64,000 nucleotides of DNA from Deltaproteobacteria bacterium (GTDB taxonomy: Bacteria > Desulfobacterota > GWC2-55-46 > JAJCZF01), in the NCBI GenBank assembly GCA_029262535.1, contig JAJCZF010000074.1, forward strand, positions 78,883 to 142,882, given 5' to 3'. The notes below the pieces were generated by a model that was not told where the DNA came from, searched no databases, and saw nothing but the letters and a program-made list of their open reading frames with translations. Of this stretch, positions 51,329 through 60,923 are shown piece after piece. The position numbers and the translations under genes are program-made. Numbering within the stretch: position 1 is the stretch's first letter; each line of letters begins with the position of its first letter.

Positions 51329-52168
51329 ATGTCAATTCTTAAAAATACTATAATGGCGTTTGTCATGGTGCTTTTAATGTCGGGTTACGCCCTTGCCGAG
51401 TACGGCAGGGTTCCCGTCAATACGATAGATCCGGCCATTATAGAGATCGACGAGGGCGAGTTTCTTGGCACTGCGCCGGACGGTGCGACCGAGCTTATGG
51501 ATGAAAACGGAGAGATATTCAGGTTAGATTCTCTTTACGGCAAGCCCTTGATATTGCTCTTGTCCTATTACCGTTGCGACGGTGTCTGCCCGGTTGTCGC
51601 CGACGACCTGAAGAGGGCGCTGGAGGGTACGACCGGGACGCTGGCGGGGCTTGGCGGTTTTGAACGCGGCAAGGACTACTCGGTGCTCTCGCTCTCTTTC
51701 GACTCGCTCGATGATATCTCGAAGATTAAGATGTTTAAAAAGCACGCCGGTGTCGGAGACGAGGGTTGGCGTCTGGCGATATTCAAAGACCCGGAAAAGA
51801 TACAGGACTTTACCAGGTCGCTCGGTTATAAATTCTTCTGGTCAGAGAGGGACAGGACATTTATTCATCCGAATGTCCTGGTATTTCTTTCACCCGAGGG
51901 GAGAGTTACCCGTTACCTGTACGGGTCGGCAATGGATTCATCGAATATAAAGATAGCGCTCGCGGAGGCCGGTTTTGGTAAAGAAGGCCGAAGCGCAAAG
52001 CGAGAGCTTTCCGATATATTTTTGATCGCTTGTTACAGCTACAACTATAAGGAAGGTCGTTTCACCCCGAACTACCCGCTCTTTATCGCGTCGGGTTCGC
52101 TCGTCGCCGGTTTTGGATTCACGATCTTTGGCATTGTATATTTTAAAAGAAAAAAACGGAGGAGGTAA
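51329..52168 (+). CDS. SCO1/SenC family copper chaperone
   Basis: CDGVC (CxxxC), FIHP, C-terminal TM. Confidence 0.88.
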   Translation: MSILKNTIMAFVMVLLMSGYALAEYGRVPVNTIDPAIIEIDEGEFLGTAPDGATELMDENGEIFRLDSLYGKPLILLLSYYRCDGVCPVVADDLKRALEGTTGTLAGLGGFERGKDYSVLSLSFDSLDDISKIKMFKKHAGVGDEGWRLAIFKDPEKIQDFTRSLGYKFFWSERDRTFIHPNVLVFLSPEGRVTRYLYGSAMDSSNIKIALAEAGFGKEGRSAKRELSDIFLIACYSYNYKEGRFTPNYPLFIASGSLVAGFGFTIFGIVYFKRKKRRR

Positions 52169-52172
52169 GGTA

Positions 52173-52937
52173 ATGTTCGCTAGAATTAGAAACGGATTGG
52201 TGGTCTTTCTGGCTACCCTGCCATTTGCGGCGTCCGGGGCTCTTGCGTCGTTTGGAGTCGAGGAGCCCGAAGTAGAAGGGCACCATCTTTGGGACGTGGA
52301 TGACCCTGTTGACGGATTTCATCACCTTTGGGAAGAGGTGATGATGGATATTATAATAATCGGCGTGATATTCGCCCTTATAACGCTTTATTTTCTCATA
52401 AAGTACAGGAGAAAGCATAACGGCCAGGAAGGCAGACCGCCAAAACTTTCTCGCGCGGCCAAGATGGGCTGGGTGCTTATTCCGGTTGCCATCTTCATGG
52501 CAGACGACCTCTTTCTCGCCGCCGAGGGCTGGACGCTCTGGAAAAAGTACAGAGAGGTTCCTGAAAATAATATTGAGATAGAGCTGGAATCGGCCATGTG
52601 GAGTTTTAACTTTACATATCCGAACGGCATAGAGACCTATAACGAGCTTCGAGTGCCGGCGGGCACTCCTATACTGGTCAGGATGACGAGCCGCGACGTT
52701 GTGCACTCGCTCTATATGCCGGACTTTAAGGTCAAGGAAGACTCCATGCCGGGGCGTATTACCTATCTGTGGTTTCTGCCCAAGAAGGTTGGCGAACACG
52801 TAATGACATGCGCCGAATACTGCGGCGTAATGCACTCGATGATGCACGGCAAGGTTATCGTAATGACGCCGGAGAATTACCAGAGTTGGTACAAGCAGGA
52901 ACAAGCAAAATTGGTTGAAGGAGGTGCCGGCTCATGA
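52173..52937 (+). CDS. coxB: Cytochrome c oxidase subunit II
   Basis: CuA motif DVVHS...CAEYCGVMHSMM; no fused cytochrome c. Confidence 0.93.
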   Translation: MFARIRNGLVVFLATLPFAASGALASFGVEEPEVEGHHLWDVDDPVDGFHHLWEEVMMDIIIIGVIFALITLYFLIKYRRKHNGQEGRPPKLSRAAKMGWVLIPVAIFMADDLFLAAEGWTLWKKYREVPENNIEIELESAMWSFNFTYPNGIETYNELRVPAGTPILVRMTSRDVVHSLYMPDFKVKEDSMPGRITYLWFLPKKVGEHVMTCAEYCGVMHSMMHGKVIVMTPENYQSWYKQEQAKLVEGGAGS

Positions 52938-54526
52938 GTACGAAAACAGGAAAAGGAAAGGTAATAGCCGAGTGGATATTTACTACCGACCACAAGAGGG
53001 TCGGCATACTCTACCTTATCGGGTCGCTCGCGGCATTTCTCGTGGCCGGGCTTTTGGCCATGGTGATAAGGATGGAGCTATCGGAGGTCGGCCCTCAAGT
53101 AACAGACCCGAATACTTACAACGTGATGCTTTATTTTCATGGTGCGGCGATGATTCTGGGCTTCCAGATTCCGGCCCTTACCGGCTTCTTGGCAAATTAC
53201 CTTATACCGCTCCAGATAGGGGCGAAGGATGTCGCCTTTCCGAGGTTAAACGCTTTAAGCCTCTGGTTATTCTGGATGGGTATCATACTAGCCCTTCTGA
53301 CATTCGTAGTGCCGGACCCGCCGGATATCATGTGGACCGGTTATCCGCCGTACTCGATAATATCGCCGGGTAATACGGCGCTCTACGCATCTACCGTCCT
53401 CTTTATGGGATTCGCGTCGATTGCAGGTGGCGTAAACCTTATAACGACGATCATCTACATGCGCGCTCCGGGCATGACCTGGGGCAAGCTCAATATGTTT
53501 GTATGGACGACGCTTGGGGCCTTTATCATCCAGCTCGTATTCGTACCCGTACTGGGAAGTGCTGTGATAATGCTGACCATGGACAAATACCTTGGGACGC
53601 ACTTCTTTAACCCGGCCTCGGGTGGCGACGTCCTGCTCTACCAGAACCTCTTCTGGTTCTATTCGCATCCGGCTGTTTATGTTATCTTGTTACCGGTTCT
53701 AGGTATCATCTTCGACATAACCGCCACATTTGCGCGAAATCGAATATTTAACTACTGGGCCTGCGTTGTCGGCGGGGTCGGTGGAATTGTCTTAATCAGC
53801 GGAGAGGTCTGGGTACATCACCTCTTCACCTCGGGAATGCCCAACTGGATCAGGGTCGGCATGATGGTCTCGACGCTTCTCATCAGTGTGCCGGTCGGTA
53901 TCATGGTTCTTAGTCTCATCGGAACGCTCTATCGCGGCGCCATTGAGTTTAAGACACCTATGCTTTATGCGGCCGGTTTCATATTCCTCTTCCTTATAGG
54001 AGGACTTACTGGCATACCGCACGCCATCGCCTCTTTGGATCTGGCGCTTTCGGATACGCACTTTGTCGTTGCGCATTTCCATTACGTCATGGCCGTATCG
54101 GGAACCTTTGCCATAGTCGGCGGCGTATACTACCTCTTCCCGAAGTTTACCGGAAAGATGTATCACGAGGGGCTTGGCAAGATCGGTTTTGTCGTTACCT
54201 TTATCGGGGCCAATATAACCTTCTTCTTTATGTTCCTTGTGGGTCTTGGGGGCATGCCGAGGAGGTACTTTGACTACTCTCACATGCCGGAGCTTCAGGA
54301 CCTGCAACAGATAGTCACCTACGGGGCCTTTATACTCGCCGCCGGTCTCTTTATAACTCTTGCCAGCTGGCTGGTAGGTCTCTTTAAGGGTAAGAAGGCC
54401 GAGGACAACCCATGGGGTTCGAGGTCGCTTGAGTGGACTACGAAGTCACCTCCCGGACCGGGCAACTGGGCCGAGGTGCCGGACTGTACGGACTACGACC
54501 CATATGGCTACGGCGAAGACCGTTAA
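52934..54526 (+). CDS. coxA: Cytochrome c oxidase subunit I, A2 type
   Basis: TDHKRVG, FHG, DVAFPRLN, WFYSHPAVY, WVHH, AHFHY, GMPRR. Confidence 0.95.
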   Translation: MSTKTGKGKVIAEWIFTTDHKRVGILYLIGSLAAFLVAGLLAMVIRMELSEVGPQVTDPNTYNVMLYFHGAAMILGFQIPALTGFLANYLIPLQIGAKDVAFPRLNALSLWLFWMGIILALLTFVVPDPPDIMWTGYPPYSIISPGNTALYASTVLFMGFASIAGGVNLITTIIYMRAPGMTWGKLNMFVWTTLGAFIIQLVFVPVLGSAVIMLTMDKYLGTHFFNPASGGDVLLYQNLFWFYSHPAVYVILLPVLGIIFDITATFARNRIFNYWACVVGGVGGIVLISGEVWVHHLFTSGMPNWIRVGMMVSTLLISVPVGIMVLSLIGTLYRGAIEFKTPMLYAAGFIFLFLIGGLTGIPHAIASLDLALSDTHFVVAHFHYVMAVSGTFAIVGGVYYLFPKFTGKMYHEGLGKIGFVVTFIGANITFFFMFLVGLGGMPRRYFDYSHMPELQDLQQIVTYGAFILAAGLFITLASWLVGLFKGKKAEDNPWGSRSLEWTTKSPPGPGNWAEVPDCTDYDPYGYGEDR

Positions 54527-54554
54527 GGTCCATTTAAGATTGGCGGAGGAGCAG

Positions 54555-55460
54555 ATGCAGAAAAAAGAGGTAAAATTCTGGCCGATACTGGCCCTTACGA
54601 TATTCTTTACATATATCTTAATGGTGATGGGCACCTTTGTAACGTCCACCGGTTCGGGACTGGCATGTCCCGACTGGCCGCTCTGTTACGGCACAGTCGC
54701 CCCGCCGCTTGAGATAAGTATCTGGTTCGAGTGGGGTCACAGGCTGCTCGGAGGGGTGAGCTCCATACTGATACTCGCCTCGACCATTATCGTAGTTAAG
54801 CGTTATAAAGGGCTTCCGAAGGTCATGATGCTTTCGGTCCTTGGGCTCCTGGCTGTCGGTGTCGTAATGGGTGGAGTGACGGTTATCGTTGAGGCTCCAC
54901 TGCTTTCGACATTCTCGCATATAGCCATAATAAGCTCTCATCTTGTTATTGCGACACTCGTTCTTATATGCCTGATATTTACGCTCAGGTATGTTATTAA
55001 TGGTAACGGGGCGGCCAAGGAGGGTTACTTTAAGTTGCTCTTCGGCGTTATCTACCTGCAGGTCATACTCGGCATCGTGGTCCGGTACGCCGGTGCGACA
55101 CTTGCCTGCCCCGACGTGCCGTTTTGTAACGGTTCGCTGGTGCCTGACCTTGGCGATTACATGATCGCGCTGCACTTCATGCATCGCCTGACGGCCCTTA
55201 TCGTGGTGATCGTTGCCGCCGCCTCGCTCTACCGCGCCATTAAGGACGGCAGCCCGGCAAGGGATTTCGCCATAGCTCTTGTTCTTATCTTATTGCAGGC
55301 TACATGGGGCGTCACCATAGTTCTGAGCGGCATGTTCCTACCCTATGTAATACTGCACGCTGCAACCGGTTTCTTGTTGCTCGGATTTGTCGCATATAAG
55401 TCGATGCCCTATCTCTTCAAAATACCCCCGCTCCACGGGGGAGAAGCGGAGCGCATATGA
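54555..55460 (+). CDS. ctaA: Heme A synthase (COX15/CtaA)
   Basis: CPDWPLC, EWGHR, CPDVPFC, HFMHR. Confidence 0.9.
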   Translation: MQKKEVKFWPILALTIFFTYILMVMGTFVTSTGSGLACPDWPLCYGTVAPPLEISIWFEWGHRLLGGVSSILILASTIIVVKRYKGLPKVMMLSVLGLLAVGVVMGGVTVIVEAPLLSTFSHIAIISSHLVIATLVLICLIFTLRYVINGNGAAKEGYFKLLFGVIYLQVILGIVVRYAGATLACPDVPFCNGSLVPDLGDYMIALHFMHRLTALIVVIVAAASLYRAIKDGSPARDFAIALVLILLQATWGVTIVLSGMFLPYVILHAATGFLLLGFVAYKSMPYLFKIPPLHGGEAERI

Positions 55461-56368
55461 AAGTATTTGCCCAAAAGAGCAGAGCTGTCTCGCCCGTACA
55501 AGGGGAAATTCAGTCCGCACTTTCAGATTACGTTACACTCTTTAAGCCGGGTATAGTTTCACTCGTTCTCGTATCAACGCTTACCGGTATCTACCTTGCC
55601 GGACGCGGCGTGGTGGACCTTCCGACCGTCCTGTGGGCGATTGGCGGGGTGGGGCTTGCAACGGCCGGTTCGGCTGCCTTGAATAACTTCTTCGACCGCG
55701 ACATAGATTCGCTCATGAAGAGGACAAGCAAAAGAGGGCTTGTTACAGGCACGATACCGCCGGCTTTTGCGCTCTTTGCCGGTCTCTTTATGGTAATGGG
55801 CGCAATGATGATGCTCTCGATTAATGTTAATATGCTTTCGGCGGCTCTGACCATGGCTTCGGTCCTGATCTATGTCGTGGCCTACGCCATGATACTCAAG
55901 AGAACGAGTCCGCTGGCCAATCAGATAGGCGGCATAGCCGGCGCTCTGCCGCCGGTGATAGGTTACGCGGCTATGACCGGCTCGGTCGGCATTGAGGCCG
56001 TAGCGCTCTTTTTTATCGTCGCTATATGGCAACAGCCGCATGCCCTCTCCCTGGCGCTCAAGTACAAGAACGACTACGCCCGGGCGGGCATACCGGTTAT
56101 ACCGGTTGCATGCGGGGTTCCGGCGACCAAGTGGCGCATACTGCTCTATACGCTGGCCCTGCTTCCGGTCTCGACCATCCCCTATTTTATAGGCATGGCG
56201 GGCCCGATATACCTCGCGCTTGCGATAGTGTCGGGAGTGATATTTATAGGACTCTCTTACAACTTCCTCCGAGCCGAGCGTGAGTCCAATATGTTCTTAT
56301 TTATGTATTCGGTAATTTATTTGACCGTGGTATTTCTCGCCATGGTTATGGACTTGATAATACTGTAG
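55457..56368 (+). CDS. ctaB: Protoheme IX farnesyltransferase
   Basis: DRDID..MKRT..R, GALPP, WQQPH, DYARAGIP. Confidence 0.93.
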   Translation: MKVFAQKSRAVSPVQGEIQSALSDYVTLFKPGIVSLVLVSTLTGIYLAGRGVVDLPTVLWAIGGVGLATAGSAALNNFFDRDIDSLMKRTSKRGLVTGTIPPAFALFAGLFMVMGAMMMLSINVNMLSAALTMASVLIYVVAYAMILKRTSPLANQIGGIAGALPPVIGYAAMTGSVGIEAVALFFIVAIWQQPHALSLALKYKNDYARAGIPVIPVACGVPATKWRILLYTLALLPVSTIPYFIGMAGPIYLALAIVSGVIFIGLSYNFLRAERESNMFLFMYSVIYLTVVFLAMVMDLIIL

Positions 56369-57667
56369 ATGGATACGATATATACAAAGAGGTGGCTCTC
56401 GGTAGCGGTGACATTCCTTGGTGTCGGCGGCTCGTTCGCATTCCTGATCGCGCTATCGAGGACGCCGTTCGGACATGCCCATTTCCCGGAGGGCTTTATG
56501 TTTCAGGGCATAGTCGGCCATGTGGTGCTCGCCATAGTGATGTGGCTTATGTCCTTTACGGTCGTCCTGTGGTCGATCTATCTTAAGGGAAGGGTCTGGC
56601 GCGGTAGTTACCACCTGGCCATAGCAGGCGCAATACTTGTCACGGTCTCGGTCTTTACCGGTTCGGGTAAGGCCATCGTTAATAACTATGTGCCGACGAT
56701 AGACGATCCGCTATTTTTCTTTGGCATAGGGTTTTTCTTTGCGGCCTTTGCGATAAACGGCCTCTCCTATCTCGCTTCGGCGATCTACCAGCTAAGATCG
56801 AAGGAGCCGTTAAAGTGCGCTATATCTTTTTCAGTGCTTATCGGTCTTTTGATGATGATTTCGCTTTGCGTCTCGCTCCTTTTAGGTTCTGGGCAAGAGG
56901 TAGAGCCGCGCATGGCCTACTTTGAAAAGTTATTTTGGATACCCGGTCATATACAGCAGGTCTTGAACGGCGCGCTGCTCATAGCGGTCTGGTACGCGCT
57001 TCGCTCGGCGCTGGGGCTTCCTAATCATGACAGAGTTTGGCTAAGGCCGTTCAACTGGATGCTGCTTTTATCGGCTCTTGTTCTATTTATAATACCCTTT
57101 GTGACCGATCCGGTTTCAAGAAACGCCAAGATCGGGGCCGAGATAATATATGGCGTCGGCCTTGGCATTCCGGTATTTGTTCACGCTATAAATATCTTGA
57201 TTGGTCTATCAAAGGCTAAAGGGAATTTCAGTGGCGTCGTATTCCTTTCTTTGGTATTATCGATGGCGATATATTTCCTCGGCATTGCCATAGCCTATAC
57301 GGGGCTCGGTAACGACACGCGCGTTCCGGCCCATTACCACGGGGCGGTGACGGGACTGACGCTTGCGATGATGGGCCTTACATATACGCTTGTCAGGTCG
57401 TCGGCAGGGGCGAAGGGAGTGCTCGAAAAGTTTGCTCGGATACAGCCGGTCTTATATGGCGCGGGCATGATACTCGTAATACTCGGCCTCATGGTATCGG
57501 GCATGTTCGGAGCTCCGCGTAAGACCTACGGTGTCGCCTTTGCAAGCGACCCACTTGTCTTGACCGCTCTGACCGTTATGGGAATCGGCACGCTGATGGC
57601 CGTATTCGGCGGAGTTTTATTTGTATCCTATTCGGGAATAAAACTTTTGGGAAGGAGAGAGTTTTGA
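56369..57667 (+). CDS. Heme-copper-oxidase-subunit-I-like membrane protein (probably non-catalytic accessory)
   Basis: About 12 TMs; GHV, FWIPGH, PAHYHG and APRK; no HH pair and no cross-link Tyr. Confidence 0.7.
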   Translation: MDTIYTKRWLSVAVTFLGVGGSFAFLIALSRTPFGHAHFPEGFMFQGIVGHVVLAIVMWLMSFTVVLWSIYLKGRVWRGSYHLAIAGAILVTVSVFTGSGKAIVNNYVPTIDDPLFFFGIGFFFAAFAINGLSYLASAIYQLRSKEPLKCAISFSVLIGLLMMISLCVSLLLGSGQEVEPRMAYFEKLFWIPGHIQQVLNGALLIAVWYALRSALGLPNHDRVWLRPFNWMLLLSALVLFIIPFVTDPVSRNAKIGAEIIYGVGLGIPVFVHAINILIGLSKAKGNFSGVVFLSLVLSMAIYFLGIAIAYTGLGNDTRVPAHYHGAVTGLTLAMMGLTYTLVRSSAGAKGVLEKFARIQPVLYGAGMILVILGLMVSGMFGAPRKTYGVAFASDPLVLTALTVMGIGTLMAVFGGVLFVSYSGIKLLGRREF

Positions 57668-57672
57668 CAGAG

Positions 57673-57783
57673 ATGACAATGGAAAGAGATAATAAAGGAA
57701 AACGCAAGGTCGGTCTCATAGTGGGCGGTATAGTGTTACTTAACTTTATCGTGGCCATCCTGATACTTTCGTCGAGACTATAG
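57673..57783 (+). CDS. Small single-TM protein (36 aa)
   Basis: MTMERDNKGKRKVGLIVGGIVLLNFIVAILILSSRL fills the operon gap exactly; below the ORF-track cutoff. Confidence 0.55.
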   Translation: MTMERDNKGKRKVGLIVGGIVLLNFIVAILILSSRL

Positions 57784-57789
57784 CGGCGA

Positions 57790-58194
57790 ATGGATCTTGA
57801 GCCACTGGTCTCTTACGGGAGCCGCGCTACCATTGCCCTGAGCGGCCTTGCCGTAATTACGGGTGTCGTGCTTGTTAAGACGGGACGCAAGGAGGCGCAT
57901 AAAAAAGCAATGGTTACGGCCGCGCTGCTTGCGGTAATCTTCGTTATACTGTATATTTTAAGGACCATGCTCTTTGAACACGGTCGGTACGAGGGTGATT
58001 ACAGGACCTTTTACCTCTTTACACTCGGCTCCCATACCGTAATGTCGCTTATTAACCTGCCGCTTGCGGTGGTGACGATCTACTTGGGTTTTAAGGGTAG
58101 GATAGAGATTCATAAGAGAATAGCCCCCTATACGGCGGTTGTATGGATATATGTGGCATTTACCGGCTGGCTGGTCTTTCTATTTAACAGTTAG
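57790..58194 (+). CDS. DUF420 (CtaM-like) membrane protein
   Basis: AHKKAM, LGSH, HKRIAP...WIYVAFTG; sits in the cox operon. Confidence 0.85.
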   Translation: MDLEPLVSYGSRATIALSGLAVITGVVLVKTGRKEAHKKAMVTAALLAVIFVILYILRTMLFEHGRYEGDYRTFYLFTLGSHTVMSLINLPLAVVTIYLGFKGRIEIHKRIAPYTAVVWIYVAFTGWLVFLFNS

Positions 58195-58270
58195 CCATTA
58201 ACGAGAGAAAAGATTTCGCCCGGGATCGCGGTGGAACTTAAACTTAAATCCTATAAGGAGGACTTTAAAG

Positions 58271-58612
58271 ATGGAAAAAGCAAATATACTGGAAACAAAG
58301 GAATTTAGCGATACAGTCGTAAAGAAGGTTACCTATATAAAGACCGATCAGGTCGCGCAGGATACCTATTACTTCAATGCCGGGCAGGAGCTACCCTACC
58401 ACCGTCACCCCCAGGGCGATCAGGTATTTTTTGTTCAGGAAGGCACCGGCACATATACCACCGACAACGGCACGGAAGAGTCTACCGCTCTAGCGCCCGG
58501 CGTAATCGTACTTGCCCCGAAGAATGTATGGCACAAGATTGTCGCCGACACGGAGCTCGTCGTAAGCCAGGCGACTGTGCAGCCGGCCGGCATGGAGGCG
58601 CGTAACGCCTAG
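58271..58612 (+). CDS. Cupin domain protein
   Basis: HRHP...Q...V.EG and PKNVWH. Confidence 0.85.
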   Translation: MEKANILETKEFSDTVVKKVTYIKTDQVAQDTYYFNAGQELPYHRHPQGDQVFFVQEGTGTYTTDNGTEESTALAPGVIVLAPKNVWHKIVADTELVVSQATVQPAGMEARNA

Positions 58613-58636
58613 TTTTTTTAAGGTGTTCTAGTTTTT

Positions 58637-58677
58637 AAAGGGAGAATAGTCGTTATGTGACTATTCTCCCTTTTTTA
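58637..58677 (+). terminator. Rho-independent terminator
   Basis: AAAGGGAGAATAGTC-GTTATGT-GACTATTCTCCCTTTTTT. Confidence 0.88.
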
Positions 58678-59014
58678 TGGCTTGAAATACTGGATTGATC
58701 TTTTCTCTATTAATTAACCGCCTAATCATGCTTTAATATAAATATGGTATACTTAATTTATCGGCAAGCGCGCACTTTACAAGGCAAGCTTTAGCACACC
58801 TCGACTCCTCATCCGAAAATACGAACAACCCACTTTTAACCGACTTGTCGGAATAGATGATAGAAAAGCCGACCGGCTTTATTGTATTATAGTTAATAGA
58901 TAGATACTATGTTTTGTAATGGATATTCAGGACTGAACTGTCTTAATAAATCAGACTATTAATGGTGGCGTCTGTTTAATGGTGCTATAATAGAATTAAG
59001 AGTCAGGCTTAATT

Positions 59015-59719
59015 ATGAAAAAGACGATCCTATTTGTAGATGACGAACATATTCTTCTTGATGCTGCCGAGAGGATACTCGGAGAGTGGTTTGTCGTATT
59101 GATTGCCGGTAACGGCGAGGAAGCCCTGCGTTTATTGAATGAGGAACGGGTCGATTGCGTGGTGCTTGATCTGGTTCTACCCGGCATGGATGGCGTTACG
59201 CTACTGCGCAGTCTGCGTGAGAGAGGCTCGGATGTGCCTGTAATAGTCGTCACCGGCTGGAGCAAGCTTGAGTATGCCGAGAAGTGCGCCGACCTCGGCG
59301 TTAGCGGTTATCTAAATAAACCTTATGAATTTGAAGAGCTTCGGGACAGGGTCAAGAAGCTTACCGACTTAAATTCAAAAGGGCAGGCAGGCACACTGGA
59401 CGGTAGCGTTCATCCCAAGTTGCATGAGGCCATAGAGTATATCCATAATAACTTTGCCGGCACCGTTACGACTACACGGGTTGCACAAGAGATCGGCATC
59501 TCCTCCGACTACCTCGGTCGCCTCTTTCAAAGAACGATCGGCGAGACCCTTACCGGTTATTTGAACCGCATCAGGGTCGAAGAGGCCAAGAGACTTCTGG
59601 AGAGCACCGATAACCCTGTATCCGCTATAATGGAAAAGACAGGTTTTAAAACGGAACAACATTTCTTTTCTCTCTTTAAAAGATATGCCGGAGCCACACC
59701 AAAGAGTTTTAGAAAGTAA
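59015..59719 (+). CDS. Response regulator with REC and AraC-type HTH
   Basis: VDDE, LDLVLP, KP; YLGRLF, RVEEAKRLL, GF....F...FK...G.TP..FRK. Confidence 0.9.
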   Translation: MKKTILFVDDEHILLDAAERILGEWFVVLIAGNGEEALRLLNEERVDCVVLDLVLPGMDGVTLLRSLRERGSDVPVIVVTGWSKLEYAEKCADLGVSGYLNKPYEFEELRDRVKKLTDLNSKGQAGTLDGSVHPKLHEAIEYIHNNFAGTVTTTRVAQEIGISSDYLGRLFQRTIGETLTGYLNRIRVEEAKRLLESTDNPVSAIMEKTGFKTEQHFFSLFKRYAGATPKSFRK

Positions 59720-59934
59720 GTTTCTTTAACGACTTTTTTTCTTGTCTTTCCGTCTTGTAAAACCCTCATAAATCCCGCAAACTAAAGCCAGGTGTATCTT
59801 TAAGCCTATATAGAGGACTTTTTTGTCTGGATTATTGAGCTAATTACCGCTTACCCTTATTGTTAATAATTCTTGAAGCTGTCACAATATATATATTCTG
59901 GGATCATAATAAAAATTTGACTATCGGCAAAGGA

Positions 59935-60147
59935 GTGCAGGTCTGTTTTTGCAATGTTGATAAGAGGATATTAAAAGAGGTCGCTCTTGAGAAGACGCTG
60001 CCTGCAAGCGTGCTCAAATGTCAAAACTGTTGGGACGACCTTTGCGATATAAAGATGGAACTTGATAGCGACTTATGGATGGAGCTTGCGCGAAGACGAT
60101 TGACGCTAGTATTTATGAATGACTCCTTTCGGAGCTCTGATAAATAA
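59935..60147 (+). CDS. Small Cys-motif hypothetical protein A (start uncertain)
   Basis: CFC-x16-P-x5-CxxCW; aligns with the next ORF. Confidence 0.55.
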   Translation: MQVCFCNVDKRILKEVALEKTLPASVLKCQNCWDDLCDIKMELDSDLWMELARRRLTLVFMNDSFRSSDK

Positions 60148-60213
60148 TAACAATAATCGCTCAGGGGCCTAACGCTACCGTTTATTAAATATTATTTTCA
60201 TTTGGAGAGTATC

Positions 60214-60420
60214 ATGAGCGCAAAATGTTTTTGTAAAGTTGTCGACGGCGAACTGGGCCTATTCCTTAAGGTCGGGCTGGTGCCGGACGAGGCCCTCTTG
60301 CACGGCTGCTGCTGGACAAGATTATCCGATGCCTATGAATCTGATAAAGATAGTTATGAAAAATCGTGGGGAGATCTTAAGGCCAGGCGTAAAGAGTTAT
60401 TAAGAGGCCGGGAGTTGTAG
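60214..60420 (+). CDS. Small Cys-motif hypothetical protein B
   Basis: GGAG RBS; CFC-x16-P-x5-HxCCW; paralog-like to protein A. Confidence 0.6.
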   Translation: MSAKCFCKVVDGELGLFLKVGLVPDEALLHGCCWTRLSDAYESDKDSYEKSWGDLKARRKELLRGREL

Positions 60421-60923
60421 TCACAGGGATTCTTCCGGCTTCGGCTTTTCTTAGTATAGGCTGGTGATTATTATGCAAGAAGAGTGTTTTTGTTTTATGA
60501 GTAACAGAATAATAATAGTATATATAAAGGGCGGGCTCGTTCCCGATAGCGCCCTGAAGAGAGAGTGTTGTTGGAGCAGGATAAACAAGCTACGCAGATC
60601 CAGCCTTGAGTTAAAGAAATAGAGCCATATTTGGAACTCTATGATTATGAGACGCAAAGAGCTATTGAGGTGATCGTCTGAGCTGAATCGCTTATCTTTA
60701 AGGTCGTCACTCCCGCCTGTCCCGTCACATCGTTTAAATTTTAAAAAAACCCACTTGATTTAATCTTCCGAGAGATTGATAATATAATAATAGGTGCTAA
60801 AGCCTCTTTATTTTATCCGCTGGCGAACGGTCAGCTTCCTTAGTGACACCAATCTGATCTTGGTTTTCGACCACAACTCTTACCTGATAGTGTGAGCATT
60901 AAATATTTGACCCGACTCTTATT

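Noticed and set aside
52143..52904. Long antisense ORFs (also 6739-7476, 24967-25689, 4089-4637 and similar)
   Set aside because: They shadow well-supported genes on the opposite strand and show no recognisable motifs.
56369..57667. Second catalytic (cbb3-type) oxidase subunit I
   Set aside because: It lacks the CuB HH pair and cross-link Tyr, and there are no ccoO/ccoP genes.
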